DNA of 64,000 bases from Nitrospinales bacterium (GCA_965262115.1 OZ253496.1:96001-160000); one strand, 5' to 3'. Counted from the stretch's first letter, positions 20,298 to 29,692 are shown. Numbers and translations are program-made. The notes: generated by a model not told the origin, from the letters alone.

Positions 20298-23135
20298 TCA
20301 GTTGGATGATATCTTTACCGTTTTATAAAGAAAGTTCTTAAAGCTGATAAATTTTTTCCTTTCGTCAGATTCCAGATGCGAACGGGTTTTGCAGGCACCT
20401 AGTTTCACTGCCAGGCCTGGCAGATTGGTTTGATACCTGCTTTTTGCCGCCAGTATCAGTGACCTCACCGTGTCCCGGGTTAAATGGTTGGCTTTAAATG
20501 GTTGATGGATATCTGTCCAGAAATTGGCTTCTCCCGCCTCGAATTGATTCAACAGTGTATCGATAAAACTCGGGGTGCCTGGCGTTTCTGAAACGGACGG
20601 TCGGCATGCCGACATGATTTCGTCTTTAGTGATCGTAGCTCCCTTACGGAACAGCATGGCTCTTAGCAGGATATTTTTCAGCTCCCGAACATTTCCCCGA
20701 TAAGGATGTTGCTTGAGATATTCAACCGCTGCCGGTTCCAATTGCGGCGGGGTAGGGTCGTGGCCTTCCTTTTTATAGGAGTTGAAGAGGATGCCAAGAA
20801 AATGCGTGGCGAGGTCTTCAATATCTTCTTCTCTTTCATTAAGTCGTGGTATCTGGAAGCTCAAGGCATTGAGGCGGTGGTAAAGGTCTTCCCGGAACCG
20901 TCCTTCCTGAATTTCCTTGAGCAGGTCTTTATTGGTCGCGGCAATCAAAAATATTTTGGAAATACGGGGCTGGTTTTCACCCAGTCGCATGAACACTCCG
21001 GTGTCGAGAAAGCGCAATAACTGCACCTGGGTCTTTGGGTCGGCGTCCCCGATCTCGTCGAGAAAAACCACTCCGCCATGGGCTTCTTCCAGAATACCCT
21101 GGCGGTTGAACTCGGCTCCCGTGAAAGCACCTTTCTTATGTCCAAACAATTCGCTATAGGTCAGTTCTCCACTGTAGGCGGCAATATTGGTTTTTCTTAA
21201 AGGGAGTTTGAAATGGCCCCCCTTCTCTTTTTGGAACATATCATTGAGATGGGAATAGATATTATTGAAAAAGAATTCTTTTCCTGTGCCGGTTTGCCCC
21301 TGAATGAGAAGGCTTGGCAATCCGGTCATGACCTCGCGTTGTTGATTGCCCTCCCAATTGAGCATGCGGTTGCAAATGGATTCCACAACGGTCTGGATCT
21401 GGTTGACCAGTGAATGGACGTTTTGGCTTTTTCCGATTACGTTGCCGAAGTGATAGGAAGAAACTTTGGGGTCGCGGTACTCAATATCTTTTTTAAGTTG
21501 CAACAGTTCGCGTTTCAGCGCTTCAATCTGCTGGAGATTGTTCACCTTCTGGCTGATTAGGCTGGCGATGATCTGCAGGATTCTTTGATGCTCCTGGGTG
21601 AAGAAATATTTTCGAAAGCTGTCCTGGTTGATCACCCCGAGAACATGACTGCCTTGAATGATGGGGACGGCCAGTTCGGACTGGATTTGCCCGGAAAGGT
21701 TTTTGTAAAAACCCTTTTTTTCATCTTTGACGTTGGCAATTAAAGTCGGCCTCGCGGTATGGGCCACATAACCGTTCAGCGATCTCTGCTGGGAAGAGAG
21801 TTCCTCGCCACCTACAGCCATAAGTGGAATTTTGCTTTTCATCCAGCTTCGGGATTTTGCTCCCACGAGGTTTCCCTCTTCATCCTCAATGATGAGCCAG
21901 GGTTTGCCGTCAATAATTTTGTAAATGGAAATGGTTCCCGAATCGGCACCGATCAATTCAGAAGTTTTTGCCAGAATCTTATCGAGGAAGGATGTTAAAT
22001 CATCATCGGCGTCGGACAGCAGCTCTTCGATTTCGCTGAGCACCTCGATTTCAATGTGCTCCGGGTTTTCCTCGAGAATGAGTTTTTCCACCATGACCGC
22101 GTGATTTTCCAATAGCGGTTTTTCAAAAGGGGTGAATTTGTGCGAGGCATTGGTGTAATAATTCACCACGCAAATCAACTGCCCGGTTTTTGCGTTGAAC
22201 TTTGAGACTTGATACAGCGAAACAAGATCAATTTTCCGGGCCACCGCTTTTCGGCTGAAGCTTTCTTCCATGACATCTTCGATGTAGACCGGCTTTTGCT
22301 CGGAGTCTTTGGCGATGAGGCCTTTGTGGTCGTCATGAATGACAATGCGGTTGATCAGGTTTTCCTTGTGGAGATTGATATGATCGTGGTCGTTATAGAT
22401 CAGCGCGTCTTCTTTATTCTTGGAAAAAGCAGCGAGAATTTCGACCCGGTTGCTCAGCTCAGGGGATTTGAGATTCTGAATGGAAGAGGGGACCCACACC
22501 GAAGCCAGAGCCAGTTTGTCGATCAGTTGCACGGCCGAACGCATCATCATCCATGCCGCCTCTTTTTTTCGCGCCAGATCAAGGTGACGGGAGAAGGACA
22601 GTTTCTGGTGGAACCGCTTGGCGCGGTCGATGGTGCCGCTGGTATCGCCAAGAAAATCGACAATCTCCTTTCTCTGTTCTTGATTCAGGAACTCGCCCGC
22701 CTTCCCCCAATCCAGGCTGATGGTGCCGATGGGTCGGAACTGGTGGGTGATTGGGAACACGGCAGTTGCCTTAATGTCGGCTAACTTTTCAAACGGATTC
22801 TGCCGTTTGGCGAATTTGTCCGGCTCGTCCCAGGAGAACACCACCTCGTTGTTCAAGAAAGATTGTGAAATGATCGAAGCCTCGGGCGAGACAAATTTGG
22901 TGATGGGTTGTGGTTTGTTCTGGTCGGTCACAAATTGGCAAATCAGCATGCCTTCGTATAAGTCCTCAAGATAGATCCGCACCATTTTACAGTCATAAAG
23001 TTTCTTCAACCGGGTGGCGATGTGGTGAAGAATCTCGGATAGACTTTCCTTGCCGTAACGGGAAATTAGATTTTGTGAGGTGTTCGGGGCCATGACATTC
23101 AATCTTTTGAGTAATAAAAATACACAGTCAGCCAA
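20298..23135 (-). CDS. Sigma54-dependent activator with N-terminal GAF domains
   Basis: GQTGTGKE, SELFGHKKGAFTGA, FLDEIG, RFREDLYHRL, GNVREL; GAF-like SELAVPII. Confidence 0.92.
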   Translation of the reverse strand: MADCVFLLLKRLNVMAPNTSQNLISRYGKESLSEILHHIATRLKKLYDCKMVRIYLEDLYEGMLICQFVTDQNKPQPITKFVSPEASIISQSFLNNEVVFSWDEPDKFAKRQNPFEKLADIKATAVFPITHQFRPIGTISLDWGKAGEFLNQEQRKEIVDFLGDTSGTIDRAKRFHQKLSFSRHLDLARKKEAAWMMMRSAVQLIDKLALASVWVPSSIQNLKSPELSNRVEILAAFSKNKEDALIYNDHDHINLHKENLINRIVIHDDHKGLIAKDSEQKPVYIEDVMEESFSRKAVARKIDLVSLYQVSKFNAKTGQLICVVNYYTNASHKFTPFEKPLLENHAVMVEKLILEENPEHIEIEVLSEIEELLSDADDDLTSFLDKILAKTSELIGADSGTISIYKIIDGKPWLIIEDEEGNLVGAKSRSWMKSKIPLMAVGGEELSSQQRSLNGYVAHTARPTLIANVKDEKKGFYKNLSGQIQSELAVPIIQGSHVLGVINQDSFRKYFFTQEHQRILQIIASLISQKVNNLQQIEALKRELLQLKKDIEYRDPKVSSYHFGNVIGKSQNVHSLVNQIQTVVESICNRMLNWEGNQQREVMTGLPSLLIQGQTGTGKEFFFNNIYSHLNDMFQKEKGGHFKLPLRKTNIAAYSGELTYSELFGHKKGAFTGAEFNRQGILEEAHGGVVFLDEIGDADPKTQVQLLRFLDTGVFMRLGENQPRISKIFLIAATNKDLLKEIQEGRFREDLYHRLNALSFQIPRLNEREEDIEDLATHFLGILFNSYKKEGHDPTPPQLEPAAVEYLKQHPYRGNVRELKNILLRAMLFRKGATITKDEIMSACRPSVSETPGTPSFIDTLLNQFEAGEANFWTDIHQPFKANHLTRDTVRSLILAAKSRYQTNLPGLAVKLGACKTRSHLESDERKKFISFKNFLYKTVKISSN

Positions 23136-23359
23136 TAAGTATAAAATATTTATAGGGTTATGGGAAGCCCCCCAAATCCCCTTAGCAGGCGGAAGTTTGT
23201 CGCCACAGGAAAAAATATGTCAAAAATTCGGCAAAAATAACCGGATTTCCGACGCTTTCCAGAACAGCGCTAGGGAAGGGAGGTGGCTGGCAGCCTCTCA
23301 GAGACTTTAAATATATGGATTTATGGCGCTGGTAAAAAAATATCGCGATTCAGGACCGG

Positions 23360-23375
23360 TGGCATATGTTTTGCT
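23360..23375 (+). promoter_or_regulatory. Sigma54 (-24/-12) promoter upstream of flgB
   Basis: TGGCATATGTTTTGCT matches TGGCA-N6-TTGCW spacing and ends 25 bp before the flgB ATG. Confidence 0.75.
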
Positions 23376-23400
23376 CTATAAGTGGCAAGGAGATTTTTAT

Positions 23401-23831
23401 ATGCCACTGATTGATAAACTTTTATTTTCGGACCAGGTACCAACGGTCATGAGAAAGAGCCTGAATATGATGTCCACCCGTCAAAACCTGATTTCCTCGA
23501 ATATCAGTAATGTGGATACTCCCGGATTCAAGGCCAGTGACATCGATTTTTAGGCGCAGTTGCGCGAAGCCCTGGGTTCTTAAAGGGTCTTTAAATCTTA
23601 GAGCCACCAACGCCAAGCATTTTGGTCCGCCCATTTCCGACATTGGCGATTTAACGCCGGACCCTTTTGAAGAGGATGCCGCCCACGAAATCCAACGGAA
23701 ATAATGTGGATATCGATAATGAAATGGCAAAAATGGCCGAAAACCAGATTATGTACAACGCCACGGTTCAGTTGATGATGAAAAGAGGCGGAACCATCCG
23801 TGCCGCTGTGACTGAATTGCCGCAACAGTAA
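23401..23831 (+). pseudogene. flgB: Flagellar basal-body rod protein FlgB pseudogene
   Basis: RQNLISSNISNVDTPGFKASDIDF, then TAG at 23551 and two frameshifts. The C-terminal NGNNVDIDNEMAKMAENQIMY is recoverable in another frame. Confidence 0.9.
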
Positions 23832-23898
23832 GTAGGCGGCCTTTCTGATAGTTTTTTGTTATACTAACTTATAGTAAATTATTAGTGATTCAGGAATT

Positions 23899-24240
23899 AT
23901 GAAAGACATTACTGTATCCAGTCATTTAAAAGGGTTGCAGGGGCCGGGACCTTCTCAGGGATTAAGTAAGCCCTCGGGCGGTACTTCGGGCACCGATGGT
24001 CCGTCTTTCGCCGATACGCTTGCGAAATCGCTGAATGAGGTTAATTCTTTGCAAAAAGACGCGGATGTAGCTATTCAGGATTTTGTCGCCGACGATACCC
24101 GCAATATTCACGAAACCATGATCGCAGTGGGCAAAGCTGATCTTGCCTTTCGTTTGACCATGCAGGTGCGCAACAAAATTGTTGAAGCCTATGCAGGAAG
24201 TGATGCGTACCCAGGTTTAATAGTCGGTTCCAAAATATAA
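23899..24240 (+). pseudogene. fliE: Flagellar hook-basal body protein FliE with a 3' frameshift
   Basis: SFADTL...IHETMIA..KA...QVRNKIVEAY. An extra G at 24193 disrupts the expected QEVMRTQV* (TAA at 24218-24220). Confidence 0.85.
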
Positions 24241-24245
24241 ATTTC

Positions 24246-24280
24246 AAAAGCCTCCGGATTTTTTCCAAGGGCTTTTTTTT
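24246..24280 (+). terminator. Probable terminator after fliE
   Basis: aaaagcc...ggctttttttt. Confidence 0.6.
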
Positions 24281-24301
24281 GTGGTGTAACCGCCGCCGGC
24301 C

Positions 24302-24375
24302 GTGATATTCTTCCTCAGATGTGATGGCCTCTTCATTAATCTTTATGCCCGGCACGGGTACTTCATGCCCCGAAG
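24302..24375 (-). repeat. ~40-bp element containing a second nested copy (24321-24360) and split by IS110; remainder at 25574-25578
   Basis: gtgatattcttcctcagat[gtgatgg...cgggta]cttcatgccccgaag|IS110|gggta. Confidence 0.85.
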
Positions 24376-24390
24376 CAACTGTGTTAAATG

Positions 24391-25341
24391 TCAAGTGCTG
24401 GCAATGAGATTTTCATTCCAGAGTGTTTTTGTTTTGATCATGGTATTGATGATCGTTAATAACTTTCTCATGCATGCGGTAATGGCAACTTTAAAGGGTT
24501 TGCCCTTTTCGATGAGGCGTGTGTAAAAGGTACGAATCACGGGATTATGCTGCATGGCAGTGACGGCGGCCATGTATAAAGCGGCACGCACATTGGCGCG
24601 GCCGCCCCAGATACACCGGCGGCCCCGGAACTTTCCGCTGTCCCGATTGAGGGGAGCGAGACCGATAAGGGCGGCGATTTGCTTCTGATTAAGAACTCCA
24701 AGTTCCGGAACCCCGGCCAAGAGGTTGACAGCCAGAACGGGACCGGCACCGGGAACACTTTGTATAATCTGGTCGTGCTCACGCCAGGCAGAACTGTTTT
24801 TGATGGTTCTGGAAAGGTCGCCATCGATTTTTCGCAAGCGTTTTTTAAGAGATTCGATATGCTCCTTAATGTCTTTACATATCCATTTTGGAGCTTGTTT
24901 TAGACGGGTTTTTTCTTTGGTCAGCATCTCGATCAACTGGCGACGGCGTGTCACTAGAGCTGAGAGTTCAAGAGATTCTTCGTCTTTGATTTTCCTGACC
25001 TCAGGACGTATGGCCTTGGCAAAATGGGCCAGCACAAGAGAATCAATGACATCGGTTTTTGCCAGTTTCCCGGTGGCTTTGGCAAAATCACGAACTTGCC
25101 GTGGGTTGACCACGGCTACTGGCAGTCGACCCGCAACCAGGGCCGAAGCCAACGGGATCTCTAAGCCGCCTGTGGCTTCCAAAACGATCAATGGAGGATT
25201 TAAGGCGGATAAACTCTCGACCAAACCAGCAATCCCTTCCTCATTGTTAGCGGTTTGCCAGGTTTCTTGAGTCATGCTGTCAGCAACATCCAGATGGAGT
25301 TTAGAAATATCGATGCCAATAAAATGGGGTTTCTGATTCAT
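24391..25341 (-). CDS. IS110 recombinase/transposase (RuvC-like DEDD plus Tnp domain)
   Basis: IGIDISK, VLEATG, KTDVID, SVPGAG (catalytic Ser position), GLAP...SG, RKLL. Confidence 0.97.
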   Translation of the reverse strand: MNQKPHFIGIDISKLHLDVADSMTQETWQTANNEEGIAGLVESLSALNPPLIVLEATGGLEIPLASALVAGRLPVAVVNPRQVRDFAKATGKLAKTDVIDSLVLAHFAKAIRPEVRKIKDEESLELSALVTRRRQLIEMLTKEKTRLKQAPKWICKDIKEHIESLKKRLRKIDGDLSRTIKNSSAWREHDQIIQSVPGAGPVLAVNLLAGVPELGVLNQKQIAALIGLAPLNRDSGKFRGRRCIWGGRANVRAALYMAAVTAMQHNPVIRTFYTRLIEKGKPFKVAITACMRKLLTIINTMIKTKTLWNENLIAST

Positions 25342-25557
25342 AATTTGGTCTCCCAGCCTTGCCGATGCGGGCTCAGTGGCCCAGGCAACTGTTCGGGTTA
25401 ATCAAAATAGGACACAACGATCTGCGCTTCGGGACGGGCTTAAAAGCCCAAGGGGTAAACGATCTATTGTGCCCTGAATCAAATCCTGGGAGCTTGTGGA
25501 AAACACAAAACCGGCTTCCCACAGGGCTCACAGGTACAACTACTACAAATTCCCCTT
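25342..25557 (-). ncRNA. Predicted bridge RNA of IS110 copy 1
   Basis: Guides LTG TTTACCCCT (25451-25459), RTG CCCGAAG (25427-25433), LDG ACAGTTGC (25385-25392) and RDG GCAAG (25358-25362) match the observed target and donor. Ends are approximate. Confidence 0.85.
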
Positions 25558-25788
25558 ATGAACAACATACAAGGGGTAAATAGGGCGGTGATAGCCTGAA
25601 GGCTAAGCTAGGGAAACATAACACGCACTCGCGACTGCCAAAGGCGTGGAGCCTGTTCTACCGGGCGTGGCCCGGTGATATTTTCATGAGTTTTCATGTT
25701 CGGGAGGCGTATAATGAGTTCTTACCCAATTGCTTTCCCAAGGCTCGCGCGGCTTGGGGAAATTTATTTAATGAGGGAGATTGAAGCT

Positions 25789-26166
25789 ATGAAGAAGTTT
25801 TCAGGAATATTTTTGGGGTGGGCTCTATTTATTTTCGTGGCTGCAAACCCTGTCTGGGCGCAATCGGGTGGGCATGCCAGTGTTGGATTGGGTCACGGTG
25901 AAGAGGGTTATCTTCACTTGGAAGAAATGGTCAAACATATGGAGTACAGTCTGAAAATGCCGGATGCCAGCGAGGAGTTGAAAATGCATGGTCCCATGGC
26001 TTTGCAACACGCTAAGGAAGCGTTGAAACATTATAATGAAGCCTTGAAACATGGTTCGGAGTCACTGGGTCGGCGAGCTTCAATGCCTAGGGCTGAGGGT
26101 TCTGGTCCTGGTCCCGGCTACCGCGATGAAGGTTCTTCCCATAGCCATGACGAAGGTTCCCACTAG
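25789..26166 (+). CDS. Exported His-rich small helical protein, SmbP-like metal-binding candidate
   Basis: Signal peptide ending VWA; periodic His (HLEEMVKH, HAKEALKHYNEALKH); C-terminal HSHDEGSH. Confidence 0.6.
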   Translation: MKKFSGIFLGWALFIFVAANPVWAQSGGHASVGLGHGEEGYLHLEEMVKHMEYSLKMPDASEELKMHGPMALQHAKEALKHYNEALKHGSESLGRRASMPRAEGSGPGPGYRDEGSSHSHDEGSH

Positions 26167-26292
26167 CCCACTCGCCGTGGGGGCAATGAGCAATAGTTTT
26201 TTGAGCCTAGATAACTCTTTGTCTGGCTGATAAAGATATTACAATCTACCAAATGAGCCTCTCAGCAAGGAAGGCAGATAGCAAACTTGTTG

Positions 26293-26331
26293 TACACCTT
26301 CGGGGCATGAAGGCCAGTGAAGAAATATCAC
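26293..26331 (+). repeat. 39-bp TACCC...ATCAC-family element inserted in another repeat
   Basis: cttgttg[tacaccttcggggcatgaa...atatcac]aagccgag versus the uninterrupted cttgttaagcc at 5569-5579. Confidence 0.8.
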
Positions 26332-26347
26332 AAGCCGAGAAAAACGA

Positions 26348-26445
26348 TTGCTAGCAGTAATACACTATTGCAGTTGGCCCCACGCCTGTTGGGCCGAGAG
26401 TGGTGTTGCTAGCAGTAATACGCTATTGCAGTTGGCCCCACGCCT
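26348..26445. repeat. 40-bp direct repeat, two copies (period 58)
   Basis: ttgctagcagtaatac(a/g)ctattgcagttggccccacgcct at 26348 and 26406. Confidence 0.85.
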
Positions 26446-26758
26446 AGTTGGCGGGGCCTACGAGAATTTTGCCGTCATCTATTTTTACTTGATAGACCTT
26501 GGTATCCCATTCTTCGCCGCGGTCACATTTTCCTGTTTTGAGATCAAACCGGTAACCGTGGTTGGGGCATTTTATACCGGTGCCGTTTAATGTTCCGCGC
26601 ACCAGCGGCGCGGTTTTTTTGTGTGGGCATCGGTCGTAGATGGCGAACAGCTCACCATCCAGATTAAAAAGCGTAATGAGTTCGCCGTTGACGTCAACGC
26701 GTTTTCTTTCCCCCGGGGGAACTTCCCCAAGATCGGCCACTTCAGTAAACTCTGTCAT
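26444..26758 (-). CDS. Rieske [2Fe-2S] ferredoxin
   Basis: CPH...CPNHG..FDLKTG; start set at MTEFTEV. Confidence 0.9.
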   Translation of the reverse strand: MTEFTEVADLGEVPPGERKRVDVNGELITLFNLDGELFAIYDRCPHKKTAPLVRGTLNGTGIKCPNHGYRFDLKTGKCDRGEEWDTKVYQVKIDDGKILVGPAN

Positions 26759-26846
26759 CCGCTTACTTCCTCTTCGCCAGAGCGGCGGCATGCAATAGCT
26801 CGTTGAGCCGAGTAACCCTTTATCGGCAAGGAAAAGACATTGCTCA

Positions 26847-27821
26847 TTACCTGCGGAGGTTCTCCGCCACAGGGAAAGAAGACCGACTCCAGTCCCACCA
26901 GGAACCGTCATAGTTCCTCACTTTATACCCCAGATAACGGAAAACAAAATAGGCCATGGCCGAGCGAACCCCACCGGTGCAATACACGATGATTTCCTGA
27001 TTCGGGCGGATTCCATTTTGCTTCAACAGGGAATTGAGGGCCGGTAGGGATTTCAGGTTTCCATCGCCTTGAAAAAATTCCGGCCAGTGGATATGGATGG
27101 CGTTGGGGATATGTCCTCCCCTTGGCGAACCATAGGGTGTGGCGCCCTCGAATTCCTTGCGTGTCCTGTTGTCGATCAATCTGAGATTACTTTTAGAAAA
27201 GTTATTATTTATTAATAATTTAGTGGCAATAACCTCATTATTTAGTTTGATGCTGTTCAGGGCTGGTTCCGGTGAAGGAGACGGGTTTTGTCGGCCTCTT
27301 TGGATTTCTTTGCCAGCCTGTTTCCAGCTAGGGAGTCCGCCGTCCAAGAAGGCTACTTTCTCGAATCCATAACGCTCGAAAATCCAGAAGAATCGGCCGT
27401 CCGTTCTCCATGGGTCATCCGGCTCGCCATAGATAACGATGGTTTTGTCTGGAGAAAAACCCAGTGGACCCAGTTTTTGGGCGATGAAGGCTTTATCGTC
27501 TTTGAGCAATCCCTTGACCCCATTTAGCTTATGTGTGAATTCCCACCAGTCGTCGAGATTAACTGCCCCGGGGATATGGCCGAACAGGAATTTCCAGGAC
27601 GGACGAGTGTCGACCACGACTCTCTGGTCTTCTGGAATGTTGCTCACCATGGCCGGAGTCATAAGAAGCCCACTTGCAAGACATTGAGAGATATGGGTTA
27701 TTGATAAAAACAGGCCCAGAATGAGCAGGATATTGACCCTGATTTTTCTTGACAAAATACGGGATCCGCTTGTACTATCAGGCTTCATTTTTTTCTCTCC
27801 GTTTGGTAAAAGCCGGAGCAT
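26847..27821 (-). CDS. Tandem-domain rhodanese/sulfurtransferase, probably exported
   Basis: GHIPGA, LDGG, GHIPNA, YCTGGVRS, YDGSWWDW; hydrophobic N-terminal segment; true start uncertain. Confidence 0.9.
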   Translation of the reverse strand: MLRLLPNGEKKMKPDSTSGSRILSRKIRVNILLILGLFLSITHISQCLASGLLMTPAMVSNIPEDQRVVVDTRPSWKFLFGHIPGAVNLDDWWEFTHKLNGVKGLLKDDKAFIAQKLGPLGFSPDKTIVIYGEPDDPWRTDGRFFWIFERYGFEKVAFLDGGLPSWKQAGKEIQRGRQNPSPSPEPALNSIKLNNEVIATKLLINNNFSKSNLRLIDNRTRKEFEGATPYGSPRGGHIPNAIHIHWPEFFQGDGNLKSLPALNSLLKQNGIRPNQEIIVYCTGGVRSAMAYFVFRYLGYKVRNYDGSWWDWSRSSFPVAENLRR

Positions 27822-27987
27822 TTTTGTGAAAATGGCTCTGAAAAAAGACTTGAGGGTTAACGCCCTTGTCCCCGGTCACCTTAACGATTATATATGATTT
27901 AGATGTCGCGTGGCGGGATTAGATTGATTCAAATTGGGCTGGAAACGGCCAGGCATATAAGAAATTTATTTTAATTAAAGGTTAACT

Positions 27988-28785
27988 ATGACAACGGATG
28001 ATCAAGGCAAGGAAAAACGGTTGGAAGAGATTAAGCGGGAAGAGAAAGAAGACGCAAGCGGTTATTATTCCCAGGGATCCTCAAATGATACCGTGAGCGA
28101 AGAAGCCGAATACAGTAAGCCCGTTGTTCCGGTTCAACAGGAGCAGGAAGAAATGAATATGCTGAAGGCCGTTGCCTTTCTGGGTTTTGGAATGGCGGCT
28201 CTGGCGATTATTTTCATCCTGTTTTTTGTCCGCGATCTTGATACCCGGGTAGTGGGTATGGACGGTACCGTGACCAACCTTGAAGAAAAAATTGCCCCTC
28301 TGAAAAGGCATGTGGACGATAGCTTTAGCAAAATTAATGCAGATATTTCCGGACTGAAAAACAAGGTTGGTAACTATGAGCGCATGATGGCGGTGATGGA
28401 ACTCAAACGCGCATTGGTCACCGTTCAGGAAATGTCTATGGGTAACTCACCCAATATTGAAGCCAAGTCCGGTGAAGTGGTAGCCGGTATAGAGGCATTG
28501 TTGACAGAATTGGGAGCGGGACCAACCGCCACCAAAAGCCTGCCTGCAGGAATCGTAAGTCTGGAGGAAGCCCCTGTTCCGGCAGTTGCGGAAGAGTCGA
28601 CCGCTCCCGTTGAGGAGCCTGCGGCAGAAGAACCCGCTCCGGCTGAAGAGACTCATGCCGCTGCTGAGGCCGCACCCGAGCCTTCTGAATCTGCGCCTGA
28701 GCCTGCTGAAGAAGCTCCCGCAGAAGAAGAAAGTTCTGAAGGTGGGGAAGAAGACGATGAAGAAGAGGAAGACGACGACGAATAG
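27988..28785 (+). CDS. Single-TM coiled-coil protein with a Pro/Glu-rich acidic tail
   Basis: One TM helix, a coiled-coil-like region and a low-complexity APEE/EDDE tail. Confidence 0.75.
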   Translation: MTTDDQGKEKRLEEIKREEKEDASGYYSQGSSNDTVSEEAEYSKPVVPVQQEQEEMNMLKAVAFLGFGMAALAIIFILFFVRDLDTRVVGMDGTVTNLEEKIAPLKRHVDDSFSKINADISGLKNKVGNYERMMAVMELKRALVTVQEMSMGNSPNIEAKSGEVVAGIEALLTELGAGPTATKSLPAGIVSLEEAPVPAVAEESTAPVEEPAAEEPAPAEETHAAAEAAPEPSESAPEPAEEAPAEEESSEGGEEDDEEEEDDDE

Positions 28786-28823
28786 TTCGGTCTTAACTTT
28801 CACCTTTTAGTTCTCTTCAATTC

Positions 28824-29150
28824 ATGCCAGCCATAAAATTTGTTTTATCCATCCTGTTGCTGATCGTTATTGCTTCATTCGCCGTACAAAATATGGATTC
28901 GGTGGAGATCAGCTATTATGATCTGAAACTCGAACTCCATACAGTTGAACTGCCATTGATGGTGGTGCTCGTGATCCCACTAGTATTGGGATTTTTAATG
29001 GCCTGGTTCATGGGAATGTTCGACCGGTTCAAATTGAAGTCCACCATCCGCCAGCAAAACCGATCCATCTCTTCCATGGAAGAAGAGTTGGAGAGGCTTA
29101 AAAGCACTCCTCAGCTTCCCACTCAGGCAGAATCTTCTACTGACTCCTGA
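28824..29150 (+). CDS. LapA/DUF1049 family membrane protein
   Basis: FAVQN motif, two TMs, C-terminal coiled coil. Confidence 0.8.
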   Translation: MPAIKFVLSILLLIVIASFAVQNMDSVEISYYDLKLELHTVELPLMVVLVIPLVLGFLMAWFMGMFDRFKLKSTIRQQNRSISSMEEELERLKSTPQLPTQAESSTDS

Positions 29151-29594
29151 TTACCTCAGTCGCGGATTTGCGAAAAATGCAACCAGGTCTTTGACCGAAA
29201 TTACGCCTACAATCTTGTCATTCTCGGTCACCGGGAGGTGGCGGATCTTTTTTTGCGCCATAAAGGCATTGGCATCTGTCACTGGCTGATGGCAATCCAG
29301 AGTGAAGAGCGGTTGCGGGGTCATGACAGCATCTACTCTCGTGGTTTTAGGATCCAACCCCCCACCCAGGACTTTGCGTGATAAATCTGTTTCCGTTACA
29401 ATCCCGACGTATTCATCATTTTCCGTGATAAGAACCGAGCCAATGTTTTTTTCATGCATGAACTTGGCGGTTTCTTGAATCGTGGAATCCGAGCCGACGC
29501 TGATTACGGAGGGACTCATGTAATCAGATATTTCTGTCCGGGTAGTTGTGTCTTTTGCAAATCTATGGGGCTTGTGTTTTGGAGCCATGATCAA
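29151..29594 (-). CDS. CBS-domain pair protein
   Basis: GIVTETDL, IRHLPV, GVISVKDL. Confidence 0.9.
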   Translation of the reverse strand: MIMAPKHKPHRFAKDTTTRTEISDYMSPSVISVGSDSTIQETAKFMHEKNIGSVLITENDEYVGIVTETDLSRKVLGGGLDPKTTRVDAVMTPQPLFTLDCHQPVTDANAFMAQKKIRHLPVTENDKIVGVISVKDLVAFFANPRLR

Positions 29595-29692
29595 CCTCCA
29601 AATTAGGGTGCGGTTGGTAATCTAGTTTTTTTCCTGGAGTCTAGGGTCCAATGACCTTCTTGTCAATTGGATGCCCGGCTTTTAAAGGGGAT

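Larger units (their letters stand above)
24376..25573 (-). mobile_element. IS110 family element, copy 1 (1198 bp including one CT core)
   Basis: Near-identical to 36048-37245; no TIRs; AG (minus-strand CT) core at both ends (24374-24375 and 25572-25573). Confidence 0.95.

Noticed and set aside
24373..24375. AAG at both IS110 ends as a target-site duplication
   Set aside because: Better explained as the shared CT core plus one base common to donor and target.
25359..25583. Plus-strand ORFs over the IS110 non-coding end (also 37031-37321)
   Set aside because: Antisense to the predicted bridge RNA, and their ends differ between the two copies.
26348..26445. Possible CRISPR array
   Set aside because: Only two repeats with an 18-bp gap, and no cas genes in the window.
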